Of a stretch of DNA of 64,000 bases, positions 58,520 through 64,000 are shown piece after piece. The stretch is from Camelus dromedarius (Eukaryota): the NCBI RefSeq assembly GCF_036321535.1, contig NC_087455.1:310001-374000 (forward strand), written 5' to 3'. Numbering within the stretch: position 1 is the stretch's first letter; each line of letters opens with the position of its first letter. The notes below the pieces were generated by a model. The model did no database searches. It was given only the letters and a program-made list of their open reading frames with translations, and was not told the DNA's origin. A program made the translations under genes and the position numbers.

Positions 58520-59490
58520 CCCTTTCCCAGCCTTTATCTCGCCTCCCTGCTGCCCAGCCTCCACACGCTGGGGTGCCCAGGGCCCAGCCAGCGCTGCTCT
58601 CTCTCCTGCCTTCGTTCACCTTTAGCCATCCATCCCTACAGTGTCACTGGCTCAGCTCTGCCCGCCCAGGCCTCTCCCCTGACCTCCAGCTGCCTCTGCA
58701 GCCTTTTTGGATATCTATGGAGTCTCTCAGACCCAACACATCCTAACCATGGTGCTTTCCTGCACACCGCCTGCCCTGGAAACCCTGCTTTGTCCACCTT
58801 CACCATCTCAATTCACTTTACTGCCGTGGTGCCACTGGTCCAAAAATAAGGGTGTCATTCTTGAGTCTTTTAAGTTTTATCCCATTTCACATCTTTCATT
58901 GGGTCTGGTGGTTCCACTTCCAAAGCATGGCTGGAACTGGCCCCAGCCACCACATCAATTTCCTGCCTGGGCAGGGGCCTCCTGCGTCCACTCTGGTCAG
59001 CCCACCGCCCTTCCGGAGCCCCCAAAACTTGTCTTCAGCCCTCTAGCAGTTCCTACTGGCTGCTCTAGGGTGAACCCAGACTCTTCGTCTTGGTCTGTGA
59101 GAGCTGTGCTCTTTGATCCCCTGCCTGTTTGTCCCATCCCCTGGGACGCTTCTCACTCAGGAAGCCCCCTACCCCACCCTGCTTCTGTGTCTCTAAGTGC
59201 ATTCCTCTTGTTCTGTGTCCTTTTCCTCTGCCCAAATGCTCTTCTCCTAGTCATCTCTCTGATAGCTGCGGCCTCTTCCTCTTCCTCCTGGTCACCTGCT
59301 CTAGGGCAGCCCCCACCCTACACCAGTACCCCCCACGCCCCACCAATGTGCTACTCTCCTGAGGTGCTCACCTGCACCTGCTTCCTTCTGGCAGCCTTCA
59401 GGGCGGGGCTAGTGTTCCCACCACGGTGCACAGCACCTTGTGTGTTCATTGCTGTTTTTCATCTTGTTTCTGCCGAGGGTGCGAAGGCTC
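58520..59490 (+). mobile_element. L2 fragment in VPS28 intron 1
   Basis: Pyrimidine-rich block with L2 words (caggcctctcccctgacctccag, ggatatctatggagtctctcagacccaac, gggtgtcattcttgagtc, ggttccacttccaaa, caatttcctgcctgg). Confidence 0.65.
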
Positions 59491-59587
59491 TTCATGAGGC
59501 CCAGTGCTCAGGGATGTTAGGGGTCACCTTTGAGTCAGCACTTGCTCTGCTCCCCAGGTCTCTGCTGTGGCCACCTGAGCCTGCAGG

Positions 59588-62443
59588 ATGTTTCACGGGA
59601 TCCCAGCCACTCCTGGCATGGGAGGTGAGTGTGGCCCAAGCTGGGCCCAGGGACCCAAAGCGCCCAGGCTTTCAGCCTTTGCTGCAGAAGCTGAGGGGAG
59701 CAGCGGCAGGGGGAATGTGGGAGGTCTGTTTAAGTGTCCGCCCCCATAAAGCCTCAGAGTGGCCAGGGGCCCAGAGACCTCCTCCAGGTGGGACCAGCTG
59801 GGCACAGAGATGACAGCTTTAGTGTGGCTGGAACTTCAGGGGGTCTTGGGTATCCTGGAGTCACCAAACCAGGGGAAAGATTATGAAGCATGTGACAAAC
59901 ATTTGTGGTCCATCACTGCATCATAAGCGAGGTATGTGTGGTCACTCAGCTGTAAAGTGGGGTAGCCAAGAAGCAGAGGTATAATGGAGGGCCAGGCCTG
60001 GCACGTGGCACACTGGACCCAGAGGCATTTCCTCTGCTTAGGTACCCCCACAAACTGATGGGGGCACTGAGACTGAAATTCCTCTGGTTACCCCTGAGCC
60101 CTTTGGGACATAGCACTGGGGAAGCCTTGAGAGGGTTGCTGAAATGGGGCTGAGGCCAGGGGTCGCCATCGTGAGCAGACTGCCAGCTGTTTGCCTGTTC
60201 TATTGCAGCCCCTGGAAACAAGCCGGAACTATATGAGGTGAGTGGTGGACACCTGCCTGGCACCATTGGTCCCTTTGAGCCTCACCGGGTACTGTAGTCA
60301 CCCTAGTGCTGCTGGCTGACCCCCTGCTCCATCTCCGCAATAGGAAGTGAAGCTGTACAAGAATGCCCGTGAGCGAGAGAAGTGAGTCTGGCACCCAGGC
60401 TGCCTGCTTCCCCCAACAGCACCCTCCTCCCACTGAGGGTCAGGAGGACATGGGGTCAGCCTGGGCAAACAGTTTTCAAGTAGCCTTTGCCAGGGGCGGG
60501 GTGAGAGGTGACCAAACACCAAGCTCTGCTCCCATATCTCCCACCCTGGGTGGGGCCACTGCCCTGGATGGGGCCCTGGGCTTGGGACCCCGGCTTCCCT
60601 GCCTTGGCAGCCACACCTAAAGGATGCACCTTCAGGTATGACAACATGGCCGAGCTGTTTGCCGTTGTGAAGACGATGCAGGCCCTGGAGAAAGCGTACA
60701 TCAAGGACTGCGTCACCCCCAACGAGTGAGAGCCCGCCTTCCCTGCACCACCAGTGGGCACCTGTCCTTGAAAGCTTGTGTTTGTCCTCCAGGGGCTGGG
60801 TGCTCAGTGCGAAGGAAGAGCAGGGGCCCAGCCTGAGGCCTGGGTCTGAGGCCCAGCCAGCACAAGGAGGGTCCCCCGGGTGCTAGGGCCTTGGCACCAT
60901 CTCAGCCAGAGAAGTCCTGGCAGCAGTACTGAAGTGTTCTGGGGGAGAGGTGAGCCCACCACCCTGGTCCTGGGGTTCCGTCCCACCCCTCCTCCCTCAA
61001 GCCTCATCAGTGCACAGGCTTAGAAGGCAAGCAGGAGGGCTCAGAGGTCAGTCTGTGAGGTGCTGCTGGCCAGGCCTGGCCGCCAGGAGTTCCCCGGGGC
61101 CTTGGTTCAGTGCAGCAGGCCCAGCCCACAGGACCCCGAGCTGTTGATGTGGAGGTGTGGCCAGCATGGTCCAGGAGAGCAGGCTTGAGGGGGCAGGCTG
61201 GGCCTCTGCCTAGCGCCGGGCTTGGGGCCAGTCTGCACAGGGCTGGTCCTGTATGGCAGCCGTATTTTGGCCACTGTCTCCCTTCCCTCCCAGAGTTCTT
61301 TTCTTGTATAAACCAAGTGGGAAGGCTCAACTGTCAATGGCACATCTCTGGGCCTTCACCAGCCCTCCCTGGAAGGGCCAAGGGTAAGCAGGACGTGCCA
61401 GGTATAGCTGGCCCGGTGCTGAGGGCGGGAGTGTAACCCTCTCCCTAGGTACACGGCGGCCTGCTCCCGGCTCCTGGTCCAGTACAAAGCTGCCTTCCGG
61501 CAGGTTCAGGGCTCAGAGATCAGTTCCATTGATGAGTTCTGTCGCAAGTTCCGCGTGAGTTAGTGGCCCCTCCACCCTGAGGGGCGGTGGGAGGTGTGGG
61601 CGCTGTGCGGCTGGGCCTGGCTGCCCTGCAGGGCCCAGCACTGGGTGCTCTCCCTCAGCTGGACTGCCCGCTTGCCATGGAGAGGATCAGGGAGGACCGG
61701 CCCATCACCATCAAGGACGACAAGGGCAACCTCAACCGCTGCATCGCTGATGTCGTCTCGGTGGGCCTTGCCAGGGCTGTGGCTCCCTGGGGCCCCTCCC
61801 TATACTGAACCCACAGGGGACGGGCCCAGAGCTCCCGTGCCCCAGCAGGGCTGTGTGGCCTTGAGGCCTGGGGCCAAGTGGTGCAGGAGGAGGCCCAAGG
61901 CTGAGGAGGGCCAGGGGCTGGGTGGGGCTGACCCTGGTGGCCCTGCAGAGGAACCAGGCGTGTGGCTGCAAGAGGTCTCCCTCTCTTGGCCCCTGGTGGG
62001 GTCTGTGTCACCTCACACACGCTTGTCCCCAGCTCTTCATCACGGTGATGGACAAGCTGCGCCTGGAGATCCGCGCCATGGACGAGGTGCGGCTTCTGGG
62101 GGGTGAGGGGGGCCGGAGGAGGGAGAGGGGGTCCCAGCGGGCACTGTTTCCACAGATCCAGCCTGACTTGCGGGAGCTGATGGAGACCATGCATCGCATG
62201 AGCCACCTGCCCCCTGACTTTGAGGGCCGCCAGACCGTCAACCAGTGGTGAGTGTGTGTCTCCTGCCCAGCTGCCCCGCCCCAACCCGCGCTCCCCCTGC
62301 GTCCCCCAGCGCTGTGCTCCCACAGGCTGCAGACCCTGAGCGGCATGTCCGCGTCCGACGAGCTGGACGACTCCCAGGTGCGCCAGATGCTCTTTGACCT
62401 GGAGTCAGCCTACAACGCTTTCAACCGCTTCCTGCACGCCTGA
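59588..62443 (+). CDS. VPS28: ESCRT-I subunit VPS28, 221 aa; coding exons 59588-59624, 60209-60237, 60344-60381, 60636-60725, 61449-61554, 61659-61760, 62033-62086, 62156-62247, 62326-62443
   Basis: [48 protein letters not shown]...[20 protein letters not shown]; exons sum to 666 nt. Confidence 0.98.
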
Positions 62444-62567
62444 GCCTGCGCCTCCCTGTCCTGAGAAGGTTCCGGCATCCCCCAGACGTCTGCACATGTC
62501 TCGCTGTCCGCAGCAGCCCCGTCAAGTGTGTCTGTCCGTGGTCTCTAACCTGGAGCCCCGTCCCCAC

Positions 62568-62573
62568 AATAAA
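62568..62573 (+). terminator. VPS28 poly(A) signal AATAAA
   Basis: 124 nt after the stop codon. Confidence 0.8.
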
Positions 62574-63399
62574 GATGCTTTCTGACTTCCCTGCGGGTGT
62601 GGGCGGCTCTCCCCCAAGGTCCGCCTTGCGTGGCTGTCTGCCCTGTGGGCCCTGGGACCCTGCCAGCCTGGAGTGCGTAGGTTCTGCGCAGTAGTTTAGG
62701 GGCAGCAGCCTCCCTGTGCGTGAGCCTCCCCCAGGCCAGGATGGCTTGAGTCTGTTGGCCACTCCTGCCTCCCCACACCCCACCTGAGAGCTTTAGCAGC
62801 TTGTTGGAGGCCCGGCCAGCTGGGTGCGGAGGCTGCCGCACTGCCCAGGCTGGAAGGTATGGCCATAGCCCCACCTGCATCTCTGTGCCCTGGAGGACAC
62901 GTAGGTCAGCTCACCTCACACCTTTTGCTGCGGGGCCCATCCTTGTTCGGTGGCTTACAGGAGCCCCAGCTGATAACTCGTGGTGGGGTGTTCTCCTGCC
63001 CTCCGCTGAGTGTGTCCCTTAGCCCCAGGGCCAGGCCCAGCTGGTAGACACCATGGGAGCCCCTGGGCTGGCCTTGCCCGAAGCCTGGTGGGGAAACAAA
63101 CACCAGTTCCCAGGCACCTGCTACGAAGGCTGCTGCCGTCAGTGCTGAAAGCGGCCCTGCCCTGTGGTGTTCACGTTCTCGTCCTCGTTCTCATTCTCCT
63201 GGGCGGACAGCAGCCAACCGTGAGACCAAGGCTCTGGGTTCCAAGATGGGTTGGTTCATGTCTTAGCAACCATGGCGTTGGGATAAGGCACGTCCCAGAG
63301 TTTCATTGTAGCATTTTCTTTTTCTTAGTGGTGCATCATGATGTCTGTGGCTTCTAGAGGCAATGAAATAAAGCATATTATTTCAGATGGTGATAGAAG

Positions 63400-63800
63400 A
63401 GGTTGGAGGCTACCAGTGGGGTGGTCACCGACAGCCTCTCAACATTGAGTAGAAAGATGAGCAGTGAGCCTGTTTCCCCGGGGAGGGTACCTGAGAGCCC
63501 TGGTTGCCAGCAAGGTACTCAGCAAAGGCCCCCATCTCACTTGTGTTTTACTAGGGAAAGACGGTACCCAGGCTGCAGGGAGAGGGCCCATCAGATTCCG
63601 GGCATGGACTGTGCTGGGCTGGATGCAGCGAGAGTGAGCCTGGGCCTGAGCACCTGGGGGTCCGAAGAACTCATGTTGCAACATGGACCCCTGGGGAGCC
63701 AGGGCTCTGAGGTGATCAGGGGGGCCTGTTGTGCACGTAGCTGGACGTCAAAGGCTGGAGTTCCAGAGAGAAGGGTGAAGGCCGGGGTCTCCTATCCTGG
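63400..63800 (-). mobile_element. Fragmentary L2
   Basis: tagctggacgtcaaaggctggagttccagagagaaggg and gggcctgagcacctgggg resemble antisense L2. Confidence 0.35.
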
Positions 63801-64000
63801 GTGCCAGGAATTCTGCCCGAGGTGCAGGACTGGCACTTCTGTGTTTGGAGGCTGTGGAAAGAAACACGAACACAGGAGCTAAAGAACCGGCGACCAGAGC
63901 CTGTGGAGCAGACTGGGGCCCCAGGCTTGGAGGGCGGGGGTCCGGGTGGACTGAGACTGCAGAAGCACTGCTAAGTCTGACCCATGGGGCTCTTGGTGAC

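Noticed and set aside
58707-59813. 368-aa + strand ORF in VPS28 intron 1, overlapping exon 2 in another frame
   Set aside because: Lies in a pyrimidine-rich L2 remnant where purine-containing stop codons are scarce; no reverse-transcriptase motifs are retained.
62600-64000. Expected start of SLC39A4, the next gene by synteny
   Set aside because: No recognisable SLC39A4 coding sequence in the window; only upstream and L2-like sequence.

Overview
GC-rich eutherian mammal genomic DNA, the segment orthologous to human chr8q24.3 read in the opposite orientation. Gene order: PPP1R16A (minus; promoter, first non-coding exon and intron only, no coding exons seen), FOXH1 (+, 3 exons, 360 aa), KIFC2 (-, 18 exons, 784 aa), TMEM276 (+, 192 aa), ZFTRAF1/CYHR1 (+, 4 exons, 398 aa), TONSL (+, 26 exons, 1370 aa, one GC-AG intron) and VPS28 (+, 221 aa). 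All six complete genes were assembled by hand and close in frame. Gene names come from my recall of the human proteins plus synteny, not from a database search. Repeats are ancient (L1M, L2, MIR, MER58, MLT1, one ERV-like LTR) and I saw no young lineage-specific SINE. There is no sign of a wholly new gene system. The best candidates for undescribed biology are RNA-processing signals at ZFTRAF1: a cassette exon with a stop and a complete intronic poly(A) site in intron 3, a strong-Kozak uORF, a conserved read-through donor from TMEM276, and a downstream AG|GT terminal-exon-like block. Several of these would make a RING/TRAF-zinc-finger product lacking the C-terminal domain. Also notable: a G-quadruplex replacing the pyrimidine tract at a KIFC2 acceptor, and nearly overlapping FOXH1/KIFC2 3' ends.
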